The position numbers were made by a program, and so were the translations under genes. Positions 20,101 through 30,061 of a stretch of DNA of 64,000 nucleotides are shown here, in pieces. The stretch lies in IMG/VR virus record IMGVR_UViG_3300035698_029335, positions 1 to 64,000 of that record. One strand, given 5' to 3'. Source of the DNA: a virus. Within the stretch, counting starts at the first letter, position 1. The number at the start of each line of letters is the position of its first letter. The notes under the pieces were generated by a model. That model was not told the origin of the DNA. It was given only the letters and a program-made list of their open reading frames with translations, and ran no database searches.

Positions 20101-20480
20101 ATGTCACTTTCTTCTTCTAGGATATCATAGATATCTTCGATGTCTTCAGGGTCCAAGATAAACTTGTCGGATATCTCCTTCGCCATTACTTTTTCTTTCG
20201 CCATTATTGTCTCCAATCGCTTGCTACTGTTCTTTTTTGTCTTGCGATATTCTATAAAAAATTCTTCTATTAGTGGGTCTTCATCTATATAAGCTCTCAT
20301 AATAGATCTAAAAAACTCAGCTTTTGTAAGCCTTTCGTTTCTCAACTTTATTGTTAACCTTGTGATCTCACCATCTGTTGTTTTCACTACCACCATCCCA
20401 TCATTCGCCTGGAAGCATGTGTTACCTACTATTCTACCATAGCGACTTGTTCTGCCTTCACCTTCTCTATCTTCACTCAT
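20097..20480 (-). CDS. Hypothetical protein
   Basis: ATGA-coupled to both neighbours. Confidence 0.5.
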   Translation of the reverse strand: MSEDREGEGRTSRYGRIVGNTCFQANDGMVVVKTTDGEITRLTIKLRNERLTKAEFFRSIMRAYIDEDPLIEEFFIEYRKTKKNSSKRLETIMAKEKVMAKEISDKFILDPEDIEDIYDILEEESDI

Positions 20481-21544
20481 TTCAATATATGTGTTGTGGA
20501 TTCTTCTATTGAGGCGGACGTTTGCAATAACGCAGAGGCATTTTCCCGAAGCTCCTCAATATTTCGAGCACCTGAATATGAAAAGCCACTCTTTATATTG
20601 CCGATTAGTTCACTCATCACTGCGTGTATTGAGCCTTTAGCTGGTACCGTTGTTGATACGCCTTCAGGGGCAGTTGCGAAGCCTCTCCACCCTTGTTGTG
20701 CCTCTTCACTCGCCATTCCTCTATATGATTTAAATTTATTTCCATTCACTTCAATTATATCATTTGGCGTCTCATCCGTACCGGCTAGCAACGATCCGCA
20801 CATAACAAAGTCAGCACCAAAAGCAATAGCTTTAACCACATCACCAGCTTTTCGAATGCCGCCGTCAGCGATGATAGTTGGACTCGTTAATCCATAACCC
20901 TGACGATAAAGCTTTTGCTCATAGCATGCAGAAATAGCGCTAACATTTGGCACACCATGCCCAGTTTTTAATCTGGTCGAACAAGTTGCTCCTGCACCGA
21001 TGCCAACCCTCAGACTATCTACACCCCATTCAGCTAAATCGGTGTACGCATCACTGGTAGCTATATTGCCAGCCATAATATGCACTTCATTGCCATATAT
21101 CCCACGTAGCTGCTCTACCGCCTCCTTCACCAATTGATGATGTCCATGTGCCACATCAATACAGATAATGTTGGAATCTTCATCAATCTCCATTAACGCT
21201 GCAGCCCTCTCAAGATAGTCTCCCTTGACGCCGATGGCGGCACCCCAATGAAAGCGATTGCCTATACACACCTTTTTACATATCGCTACTTGTTCATCAA
21301 TAGTGTTATATCTGTGAACAATACCCAGCGCACCAAAATCAGCCAAAGCGTTACACATTGATGATTCTGTCACTGTATCCATAGGAGCAGAAATAATCGG
21401 AGTACGATATAAGTACTGACCGCCCTTGATGTTTTTAAGCTTTGTTGCTAAAGAGACCTCTGCCCGAGATTTTATATCGCTGTATTGTGGCTTCAGTGTT
21501 ACATCATCATAAGTCAATGCTTTTTGTAATTCTCTTAACTTCAT
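20477..21544 (-). CDS. IMP dehydrogenase / GMP reductase family (no CBS domains)
   Basis: LTYDDV.L.P, SAPMDTV, IDVAHGH, VGIGAGATCSTR, IIADGGI and YRGMAS; guaB versus guaC not resolved. Confidence 0.92.
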   Translation of the reverse strand: MKLRELQKALTYDDVTLKPQYSDIKSRAEVSLATKLKNIKGGQYLYRTPIISAPMDTVTESSMCNALADFGALGIVHRYNTIDEQVAICKKVCIGNRFHWGAAIGVKGDYLERAAALMEIDEDSNIICIDVAHGHHQLVKEAVEQLRGIYGNEVHIMAGNIATSDAYTDLAEWGVDSLRVGIGAGATCSTRLKTGHGVPNVSAISACYEQKLYRQGYGLTSPTIIADGGIRKAGDVVKAIAFGADFVMCGSLLAGTDETPNDIIEVNGNKFKSYRGMASEEAQQGWRGFATAPEGVSTTVPAKGSIHAVMSELIGNIKSGFSYSGARNIEELRENASALLQTSASIEESTTHILK

Positions 21545-21804
21545 ACTTCACGCTCCTTCACTCTTTCTGCAAAACCTTTTACTGCTTCTTCTGCTGCGTT
21601 CCAGCAAGTCGGGCAATAAGTCGCGACATTTTCACCACTTATGACAACCCTCCAAGTACTCACTTCCTTAATGTCAGTCTTGTCGAAATCCTTGCCGCAA
21701 GTAAGACATTCATCGCCCAACTCGTCAAACAGTGCCATTTTCTGCTTCATATCCTTCTCAGCCATTTTTCTATTTTTCAACATACCACCACGAATCTTCT
21801 TCAT
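21541..21804 (-). CDS. Small zinc-binding protein
   Basis: CLTC...CPTC. Confidence 0.55.
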   Translation of the reverse strand: MKKIRGGMLKNRKMAEKDMKQKMALFDELGDECLTCGKDFDKTDIKEVSTWRVVISGENVATYCPTCWNAAEEAVKGFAERVKEREV

Positions 21805-22274
21805 CGTCTCTCCAGTGTCTCACATACTAGTGGACCTTCTCTAGTGCCATCAAACTCCACAACCATTGATGGAAAAGGTGCGCAATTTTTTTGATTACCG
21901 AACTTAAGACGACCTCTCACGAAGTAGATCTTTGTAGCTAGCATCACAAAGTCATTAAAGTATTTTGTGTCAGTACGTGAAGGTATAAGCATGACCGTCA
22001 TCGTATCATCTTCTTTCGACTCCTCATAACACTTCTTTGCCCACCCCTTTACGTCAGAATAAGGAGGGTTAACAAATACAGTATGCCCTTTCCATGATCT
22101 ACTCAGTCCATCCATATCTTCAGTAAAGAAAACAGGGCACTTGGCGCTAGTAGCAGAAGCGCAAGGATCTAGTGTAAAATTGTACTTCTCATCTAGCATA
22201 TCATAGAAGTCTTGCGGGGTGTCCCACTCATCACTCTTATTCGAAAACATTACTTTTGTTGAACTTTTATCCAT
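21801..22274 (-). CDS. Phage DNA N6-adenine methyltransferase (T1/HP1 Dam-like family)
   Basis: DEWDTPQDFY, FTLDPCA, DGL..SW, VFVNPPYS, LIPSRTDT and RGRLKF. Confidence 0.92.
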   Translation of the reverse strand: MDKSSTKVMFSNKSDEWDTPQDFYDMLDEKYNFTLDPCASATSAKCPVFFTEDMDGLSRSWKGHTVFVNPPYSDVKGWAKKCYEESKEDDTMTVMLIPSRTDTKYFNDFVMLATKIYFVRGRLKFGNQKNCAPFPSMVVEFDGTREGPLVCETLERR

Positions 22275-22785
22275 TACCCTTTCCGCCCTTGTAGTTAGAA
22301 CCTGACGATCCGAAGCCGTCAGTACCTCTATTACTAATTGTTATTTCTCTATTATACAATTCTCCTTCGTCACATATAGCTGCGTCAAAGTGTACAACTG
22401 GAATCAGTACTAATTGAGCTATTTTGTCTCCCGGTTCAATGAGTTGAGGGGAGTTAGATACATTGTGCAAGATTACAGAAACTTCACCAGCGTACCCTGC
22501 ATCGAGAACCCCACCGCCAACTATCAAATCTTTCTTACTGGACATACTAGAGCGATTTTTGACTTCAAGCATATAACCGTGTGGTATCTCAAACTTAAGT
22601 CCTGTCCTGAGTTTACTGTTTTTACCAGGGTGTACTACAATAGAACCACTAAGCATGTTCTTTTTCGGATCCATCTTATTCGGCTCAACGTCAGGGCAGA
22701 AAAATACATCGATACCAGCATCACTAGGGTTTTTTCTACTAGGAGAAATCACGTATGTGTGTGCCTTAGCATACCTTAAGATCAT
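22267..22785 (-). CDS. dut: Trimeric dUTPase
   Basis: DAGID, RSS, GVLDAGYAGE, GDKIAQL and RGTDGFGSSG. Confidence 0.95.
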   Translation of the reverse strand: MILRYAKAHTYVISPSRKNPSDAGIDVFFCPDVEPNKMDPKKNMLSGSIVVHPGKNSKLRTGLKFEIPHGYMLEVKNRSSMSSKKDLIVGGGVLDAGYAGEVSVILHNVSNSPQLIEPGDKIAQLVLIPVVHFDAAICDEGELYNREITISNRGTDGFGSSGSNYKGGKGNG

Positions 22786-23059
22786 TTGTCACCCCTTGCG
22801 GTTATAACCATCTCTTCCTCTCCATCTAAAAATAGAGCGAACTTCTTTTCCTCTACGTATTCTTCATATTCACCAATAACGAGTTTTGTAAGCTCGGTAC
22901 CATCTTCCATTATCTCTAGAGTCATTTCAATCATTTTTCCTCCTTTATTATACAATGCATACCATTACCACACTTGCTGCACTCTGGTGGCTTTCTAGGT
23001 TCTTTAGTCACTACTTTTTGTTTGTTCCCACAAACACTACACTCATATGTCCTCATTAC

Positions 23060-24055
23060 TTATCCCAATAATTTAAGGTTGTGTCTTATGGAGCGCGTAC
23101 TAAAGCCCCACTGTTCATCATAATCTAGCTTTGCCATGTATGGTCTATTCATGTGCACAACATCCTTCTTCTTATCATAGCCCCAACACTTGATCCTCGT
23201 GACTGTGTTTGTTTCATCGATAGTTTCCAAGATGGCGTAATCTTTTCCTTTTGCCGTTTTCTTTAGAACAATAGCCTTAGGGATAAACCAAGTTAATTCC
23301 ATTACTGGATCATATTCAGCTATCGGAGGTACCTTATATGCTTCCAGACGTTCCCTCACTGCATCACTCAGTACCATAGCTATAGGATATATACCAGTTA
23401 ACTGAATAAGGTTCAGTATCCTCTCTTCTCTCGAAAAGTCGCCTTCAGGAGCGTACAATTTAATGTTGGCTTCCAGCTGGTCTTTGTTTCTTGGTCGATC
23501 GACTGCGACACACGACCAAAAATGCTTAGCCCCAGTGAACCTTTCATCAACTAGCTGCGCTAGCGCACCTGAACGGCACAATACATCTAAGTTGCCTTTG
23601 TTTAGTTTTCCGTATGAAACTCTTTCGTGGAAAAGCAACTCCTCAACGCTATTAAATGGTCGGTAATTAACTATCTCTTTAATCGCCGCATCACCAACAC
23701 CCTTTATAGAGCTGAGTGGTTGAATTAGTGTTTTGCTATCTTCTTCAGCAATTTCCCACTTTGAACCAGAGGCATTAATATCAAGACCTCTAATTTTATA
23801 ACCAAGACTCTTAATGATGTTGTTCGCTTCTTCTTTCTTTGCTTCGCCTTGAGCATCCAAATAAGCAGCCAGCCACTCTGATGGGTGATAAGTCATCAAC
23901 CAAGCACACTGATAAGAAACCATTGAATATGAAACGGCATGGCTATTCGAGGTCAATGTACCGTCAGTCAAATAAAATTGATGATCTTCGTGCTCTACCT
24001 CTAAGTCATAAGTGTCTATCTCGCCCATTTCTTCACAAGAAATTATCATCGCCAT
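23060..24055 (-). CDS. dnaE: DNA polymerase III alpha, C-terminal half, led by a split-intein C-fragment
   Basis: After ...LTSN: SHAVSYSMVSYQCAWL, DINAS, LSSIKGVG (HhH) and an OB-fold-like KTAKGKDY; RBS AGGAG. Confidence 0.93.
   Translation of the reverse strand: MAMIISCEEMGEIDTYDLEVEHEDHQFYLTDGTLTSNSHAVSYSMVSYQCAWLMTYHPSEWLAAYLDAQGEAKKEEANNIIKSLGYKIRGLDINASGSKWEIAEEDSKTLIQPLSSIKGVGDAAIKEIVNYRPFNSVEELLFHERVSYGKLNKGNLDVLCRSGALAQLVDERFTGAKHFWSCVAVDRPRNKDQLEANIKLYAPEGDFSREERILNLIQLTGIYPIAMVLSDAVRERLEAYKVPPIAEYDPVMELTWFIPKAIVLKKTAKGKDYAILETIDETNTVTRIKCWGYDKKKDVVHMNRPYMAKLDYDEQWGFSTRSIRHNLKLLG
23945..24055 (-). mobile_element. Split intein C-fragment (37 aa) of DnaE
   Basis: TYDLEV...HQFYL..GTLTSN|S (blocks F/G); +1 Ser; penultimate Ser in place of His. 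Confidence 0.92.
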
Positions 24056-24087
24056 ATTCTTCTCCTAATTTGTAGACGCCTTTATTG

Positions 24088-24327
24088 TTACGTCGTATTA
24101 ATTCTTCTATTACTTCCAAGTGTTTTCGTTCGAATTCTTCTCTTCTGTAGTTGTATAAACTCACCCCTACGGATCAGTTTATATTGTATCACATATGTTT
24201 GCCCTTCATAGGAGAAACATGGAAGCTCCTGCAATATTTCAACGACAAGAACGAACTTGCCGCGAATATCATTAAAGCCAGACCAATTCGCACCTGTTAG
24301 CACTAAGTCGCCTACTTCGAACTTCAT
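24088..24327 (-). CDS. GDLV-family small protein
   Basis: MKFEVGDLVLTGANW. Confidence 0.6.
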   Translation of the reverse strand: MKFEVGDLVLTGANWSGFNDIRGKFVLVVEILQELPCFSYEGQTYVIQYKLIRRGEFIQLQKRRIRTKTLGSNRRINTT

Positions 24328-24665
24328 TCAATTGCCTTTATCTTCGTGGTTACATAGCCAATAGCCTGCCACTATCCATCATCACTAGTGTACCTTTGGC
24401 GACAAGAATTTTTGTCGTTTTCCTTCTTTTTGTCACCATGGCAACCAGCACCAGAAATATTCCATGCCTTTAATGCATTGAGATTCCTAGTTGCTGCAAT
24501 TTTATTCCTGCGTCTTTTCTTTTTTCTCTTTCCCACATGTCCCACCGGTCGCCATATCTTCGACGACCTTACAGTCATCACCTGAAAACTCTTCAGACCA
24601 ATGATCATTCCAGCTTTCACCAGTCAATTGTATGAGATCGCCGACCTGAAACATGTTTTTTGTCA

Positions 24666-24998
24666 TTATTTTGCCAAGGAGAAGGTGCCATAAACATTAT
24701 CACCGGTCTCATACTTCAACTCAAAGTCAACTGTTACCTCCTGATCGAACTCTAGTACCTCCATGATGATCGTCTTTGCTTTGCGATCATATTCCCAACC
24801 AGCTGCAGCGGAACCAGAACAACCAAGCCCTACGACTTCACCATCAGTATGCTCGAATGTGTGAGTTCCAGTGCTCAAGTTCTGTGCATTGAGACCGCTT
24901 TCGAGGAACATAAATTTAGCCATGTACATTTTCTCGCCGTTTGTCGTGACGAGACTAAACTCCTCGAAGCCATGTGAGTCTGTACACACCTTCTTCAC
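24666..24998 (-). CDS. Hypothetical protein
   Basis: 110-aa ORF with GTGA coupling. Confidence 0.5.
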   Translation of the reverse strand: MKKVCTDSHGFEEFSLVTTNGEKMYMAKFMFLESGLNAQNLSTGTHTFEHTDGEVVGLGCSGSAAAGWEYDRKAKTIIMEVLEFDQEVTVDFELKYETGDNVYGTFSLAK

Positions 24999-26317
24999 GC
25001 AACTACTTTTGAAATCAACTTGATGGTCTCACGTTTGTACAAATTGTTGTCGGTCGCGTGCACGTCTGGCGTACACCATTCAATTCTGTAAAATCGCATA
25101 GCATAAATAATTACTCCAATCACAATGCCATAACCTAGCCTGGCGAACCTTTCGCCTGAAGCATGTCTCACTAGGTCTCCAATATGAACTTTTCGCATCA
25201 CAAAACCTTTGTCTTAGCTATCAGAGAAAGGGAAGTTGCGCTTCTGGTGATAATGAGTTCTCCATACTCTAAGCGATACACAAGCTTGTTGTCCCAATAG
25301 TGTGACCTATATTTTTCTACAATTAGAAAAGGTCGAACTGTAGTTATGGGAACCCCGTCGTTCAGCCGCTCTTCATCAACCAAACAAACTAAATCACCAA
25401 TTTGAAAACTATAATCATCACAGTCATCATCACAGTCATGCATTGGGGTCCTTAAGTTGTAGAAACAAGTGAATCACAGGGCATTTCAATTCTCACAGCA
25501 CACTGATTAATGCGTTTTTCCATTATATGATTTCGCCGGGTATGTGCACCAGAACTGCATGCCTTCAAGTAGTTCACTTCTGTTCTTCCTGAAGCTCTCA
25601 ATAAATAAAGTCTTGCCTCACCTTTACCTAGCTGATAAGATACCATCACATTCATCATAACTTTTCTGCTTTCTGTATTAGGAGGAGCGGCTTGTTTGAG
25701 CCTTGTTGGTTGCCAAAGAGCGAATGTTTCTCGCCAAAGGCAACAACGTAAGTGAGATTTGTATCTGCATAGTTTTGATAGACAGAATCATACACACTAA
25801 TAACTACACCTATACCATGCTCATTGATCAATTTATTAGAGTATATACTTGAAAGAGATACTAAGTCGCCGACCTCTATTTCTTCCATTTTATCACCCTT
25901 TCGATATTTTATATTTCTTCCAGTTTCTGAGAGCGCCTCCGTATTCTTCTCGTTCGACTACTTCGCAGGTGCCATCAAAAGGACAACTCGTGCCTGAAAG
26001 TAAAACATATGAATCATTTATTCCATCTGTAGCAACTACTAGAAATCGACAAGTACCCGTGTCTTCATTAATATCAATGTCGCTGCTGTATATAAGGTCT
26101 CCAACTTTTAGATACATTCTTCTAGCTCCTTTACTCTCGCGACAAGTTTCAAACTAGAGCCTTTGTGGGTCCTATTTGAATAGGTTGAATGAGGTTTATT
26201 ATCTTGCCAGAGAATGATATATCTCTCGCCCTTAAAAGCAAAAGTAATTATGCCCAATGCATTGTTCAAAATGGGACTCTTCTTGCATACTAAATCGCCT
26301 ACTTTAAACATCAACAT
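24995..26317 (-). CDS. Cluster of five GDLV-family genes (24995-25201, 25198-25443, 25655-25888, 25893-26117, 26108-26317) plus one unrelated small ORF (25452-25658)
   Basis: Each has (I/V)GDL(V/I) near the N-terminus and most end in L.L(I/V)(S/A)K(V/A). Confidence 0.6.
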
Positions 26318-26667
26318 AATTATTCGTCCGACAAATTAATTGCCCGTACAACTCTTGCGACTGGGTTTGTAGCAGCAGCAATCAACTGAAGGTTTGTGGT
26401 TTTGATTGCGAAGCTTTAAGAAATGCCATACACAAACTCAAGCATAGGCAACTCTTCTTTGATCTGATGCTTATAGAGGCTATCTTTGGCTCGTGGGTGG
26501 TGGTCTGCTTTTAACTCAAAGCCATGCAAACCACACTTTCCAGACCACACTTTCCTAATGGCTTGCTCATCTGCAGAAGCAAAATAAATGTCGCCCATTG
26601 AAGACGTTCCAGTGCTATCGCACCGCCTAATCAAAACATACATACCCAGCACCCTTTCGTCTGCAAA

Positions 26668-26994
26668 TTATCTTAAAATAGTACCGCGAAAGCATCTTGT
26701 TATTGTGTGCCACTCACCGTCCCACGATGAATCACCCAACATCAATTGCCCTTTTTTGGTGTATACACCAACTCCATCAGTAACACCAAATTCATTCAGC
26801 AGACCGTTGAGTCGCTCTCTAGTGGTGGTCGTGTTCCATCCGGCAGTAGTAATGTGCAGCCCGAGATTAGAGAACTTTGCAATCTTGTTGCCGCGCAAAA
26901 ACATCTCACCATCACGCACACATGTGTTTGCTTTGCCGAAGTTTTCTCCATCGAAAAAGGCTGCAGCTGCTTCTTTAGTGATCTTTCGTGACAT
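26668..26994 (-). CDS. Hypothetical early phage protein
   Basis: RBS AGGAG; directly downstream of the promoter at 27022-27050; LRGNKIA...GWNTTTTRERLN. Confidence 0.6.
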   Translation of the reverse strand: MSRKITKEAAAAFFDGENFGKANTCVRDGEMFLRGNKIAKFSNLGLHITTAGWNTTTTRERLNGLLNEFGVTDGVGVYTKKGQLMLGDSSWDGEWHTITRCFRGTILR

Positions 26995-27021
26995 GCGTAG
27001 CTCCTGGTTTTTGTTAAATTA

Positions 27022-27050
27022 AGTTTAGCAGATCATTTTGCATTTGTCAA
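27022..27050 (-). promoter_or_regulatory. Sigma70-type promoter, GATC-box class
   Basis: TTGACA aatgcaaaatGATCtgc TAAACT. Confidence 0.75.
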
Positions 27051-27591
27051 ATATGTTACGGCTCATATTCAACCACGCACTGTACCAGCATTAGTTCGTT
27101 CTGGTTCCGGTGCGCGAAAAGTGTTTTCGAGTCATCTCAACTCCTCAGTTGTTTTCGCCCATGAGACAATTCAGCAAGAGCAAAGCCTCGAATGAAGGCT
27201 TTGAAGAGTGGAATATTACAACCCACTTCACCGCCTTTCTTGACTAGCGTCATTAATTCATCATGCAACAATGGCACACATGTACCACCATCCTTGAAGT
27301 GCATTTTTCCCATTCGCTGAGCTTCTAAGAGTACTTCGCGAGCGTAAATCACAGCCATTTTTGTTTCCTTCTTTTAAAAGATGCTCTTTTTAGCCGAAAG
27401 AGCGCACTGTTCCATCGATTCATCAACTGTGAGAGGTCGCAAGCCCATGATTTTATAGATTTTTCCGGTAACTGCACGAATCTTCTTTTCACAGGCGACT
27501 GCCTCTGCCAACGTATCAGTGCATGCACAGACTTGCTTTGTTTCGTTCAAGATCACATACATATTGAACACCTCATCTTTCTTATTTTCTT

Positions 27592-27620
27592 ACTCTACCA
27601 GATCATTTTGGTAAAATCAA
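27592..27620 (-). promoter_or_regulatory. Sigma70-type promoter, GATC-box class
   Basis: TTGATT ttaccaaaatGATCtgg TAGAGT. Confidence 0.65.
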
Positions 27621-27624
27621 CCTT

Positions 27625-28119
27625 CTATTCGCATTTCGTTGAGGCAGGTGGCAATTCGTTTTGAGTTGCAGTCTTTATTAAGCCGACTCTCTCTGTATCT
27701 TCTTCTGTCCAATAAGTATCTTCGCTGTGAGTGGAACCATCATACAACCAGCCGGTCCTATCTCTAATATCCGTATGGGTTAGTTCGTGCGGCAATGCTA
27801 GTGGTATAGTGTATATGTCACTATTGGAAGTATTGTATCCAGTAACACAAATATCATCTTCTACCATATACGCGTCTTTGTATTGTTGTGTCACATCTAA
27901 TGCAGCACTAAAGAACTCGATAGTGACTCCTTCATAGTTCCTACCAAGAAGAGCTAATACTCTTTCAGCATACACTCTCTCATCAACGCTCATGCCAATC
28001 AAGCATGCTCCAGAAGGCGCACTTTTGTGACCACCCCTTGCGAACTCGTTCTTACATGGTCCTTCTGGAATACAAGAGTTCATTAAGCAGACGGCAAGTA
28101 TCATGATAGCATATTTCAT
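27625..28119 (-). CDS. Putative lipoprotein with HExxH motif
   Basis: MKYAIMILAVCLMNSC signal; LPHELTH. Confidence 0.5.
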   Translation of the reverse strand: MKYAIMILAVCLMNSCIPEGPCKNEFARGGHKSAPSGACLIGMSVDERVYAERVLALLGRNYEGVTIEFFSAALDVTQQYKDAYMVEDDICVTGYNTSNSDIYTIPLALPHELTHTDIRDRTGWLYDGSTHSEDTYWTEEDTERVGLIKTATQNELPPASTKCE

Positions 28120-28679
28120 TCGACTACGCTCTTGATTGCCTTCTTGTCTAAGCCAATAATAGCTCTATTAAGTGAACGCATGATGTGTTCCACTTTATTA
28201 GTTTCATCTCTGGTTACAGTGTCGGCATTTAGATGAGCTTCAAAGATGCATAGCTGCGCCACCAACTTTCTCGTTGCAATAATTGCAGTTGCGGTGCACT
28301 TATCATGACGACCCTTTACTCGTGCGGCTCGCTGCTGAGCTTCTTTCTTAGTCACGCCAAAGGCTTTTCTGGCTTCTATACGCTTTTTGTTCCACAATTC
28401 AATGATTGGCAACGAGAGATCATCGTCCTTCATGAAGAAGAGGCATGTTCGCTTATTTGAATTCAAAAAATGTATGAACTCATTCCACAAACCTGCCTCT
28501 TCTTGTGAAAGGTCGACATGTCTTGTAGCAGCTGCTTTTGTCATAGCATACGTCTGGGCTCCTAACGATCTCCTGCTGCTGTCCCAACGATTTGTTATCG
28601 ACCACATTCGCTCTGTAAATTGCTCCAGGCGCTTCATTATTTCGCTCGCCAACGCTGACGGCTCCTTATACTCTTTCAT
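28116..28679 (-). CDS. Hypothetical helical protein
   Basis: 187-aa ORF with RBS GAGGAAAGG. Confidence 0.5.
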   Translation of the reverse strand: MKEYKEPSALASEIMKRLEQFTERMWSITNRWDSSRRSLGAQTYAMTKAAATRHVDLSQEEAGLWNEFIHFLNSNKRTCLFFMKDDDLSLPIIELWNKKRIEARKAFGVTKKEAQQRAARVKGRHDKCTATAIIATRKLVAQLCIFEAHLNADTVTRDETNKVEHIMRSLNRAIIGLDKKAIKSVVE

Positions 28680-28943
28680 CCTTTCCTCTTATTTGTATAC
28701 TTTCGTTAATACACTGCTTGCATGCAAGAGTGTGGCACCTTTGTAGGTGCCAACTACCCACTCGACGCGTACAAATTGGTAGCCTATAGTTTGCACTATT
28801 TTTCCTAAGCTACCAGCTTCCAAGCGTACTTCTTCACCTATCTTAAAATACATCTCATACTCTTATTAAGGGGTGGGTGAAGTACAATGTCCAGCGGCGA
28901 ACACAACTCTTATAGCGCTGATGTTTTACCGCTTTAATTATAA

Positions 28944-29264
28944 TCACGCCGATCCGTATTTCGTCAGGGCTCGTTCTAGGAAGCCACCATCGAAAAGAGA
29001 CTCGAACACTTCTTGTGGGATGCCCACCTTTGCGTGACTGAAGCGTGTCTTATTTTGAGCCATATTGAGGCGCTGTACTGCGATGTGCACCCCGAGCTTA
29101 CGATTAGGGTTGTCGGCTGGATTCACAACACTGTACGCTGCGTCGAACGTACCATTGTCGTTTACAGTGTACACTAGGGTGCCCATCAAACGACCTCGCT
29201 CCGAGCTGTAATCGTTCTTGTTTTGGTGGAAATGTTTTACTTTAACTTTTTTAACTTCTTGCAT
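28944..29264 (-). CDS. Hypothetical small phage protein
   Basis: AYSVVNPADNPNRKLGVHIAVQRL motif (see findings). Confidence 0.5.
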   Translation of the reverse strand: MQEVKKVKVKHFHQNKNDYSSERGRLMGTLVYTVNDNGTFDAAYSVVNPADNPNRKLGVHIAVQRLNMAQNKTRFSHAKVGIPQEVFESLFDGGFLERALTKYGSA

Positions 29265-29303
29265 GTGTTCTTCCCTCAGCCTTGAATGGCTATTTGTTTA
29301 CTG

Positions 29304-29989
29304 TTACTTCTCTTCGTCTTCGTCTATACTTACTGCTCTGCCTTTAATTAATGACAAAGGCACCCGGCAGCTGCGACCTAAATTCTGTAAGTACACCTCA
29401 TATATACAGGTTAAATGTCCACCCACAACAGACGTATAAGGTCCTGAAAGAATGTACCCAACCCCAGCCACAAACTTTCCTTCTTCTTGCTTGTAAAGGC
29501 GACGTCGCATCGCGTGATCGCTCATGCTTATTTCGACCAAGTCACCTTCGTGATATACTTCTTTCATGCTAGTTCACCTTCGGAGAATACACAGCTCGCT
29601 AGTTTGATTCTAAGCTCACGAGTCATACAGGTCCCTCTTTTATTCCACAATACTTTAGCTAAGTGCAGTTGCTCTGCATAAGATACATGTTACCGATGAC
29701 AATACCTATGTCGCCCTTAGATCCCTCTTCCTCTTGTAGGAGCTGCACTAAGTCGCCGATGTTATATTGCACTTCAATCTCCTTCGGGTATATATACAGC
29801 TTTCGCTAGTTTGACGTATGAGGCGTTATCAATACAGTGAACAGTCTGCCCTTCTAGCTCTCCCCACGACACCCTAATATAACGATCGTGCATTATATCG
29901 ATGACAATACCTATATCACACACATGTTTTCCTTGCATGAAATACACTAAATCACCAACGCTATAGTGCACCTTTCTTTTCTTCATCAC
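29304..29989 (-). CDS. Three GDLV-family genes: 29304-29567, frameshifted ~29564-29772, and 29774-29989
   Basis: YHEGDLVEI; YNIGDLVQL...DIGIVI (frame breaks mid-gene); YSVGDLVYF...DIGIVI. Confidence 0.55.
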
Positions 29990-30005
29990 TCACCTTGTTG
30001 CAGTG

Positions 30006-30057
30006 AAGTGAAGGTGTGACAACAGTGTTATTCAAAGTAGTTGTCACACCTTCACTT
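30006..30057. repeat. Perfect 18-bp inverted repeat with 16-nt loop
   Basis: aagtgaaggtgtgacaac ... gttgtcacaccttcactt. Confidence 0.95.
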
Positions 30058-30061
30058 TTTC

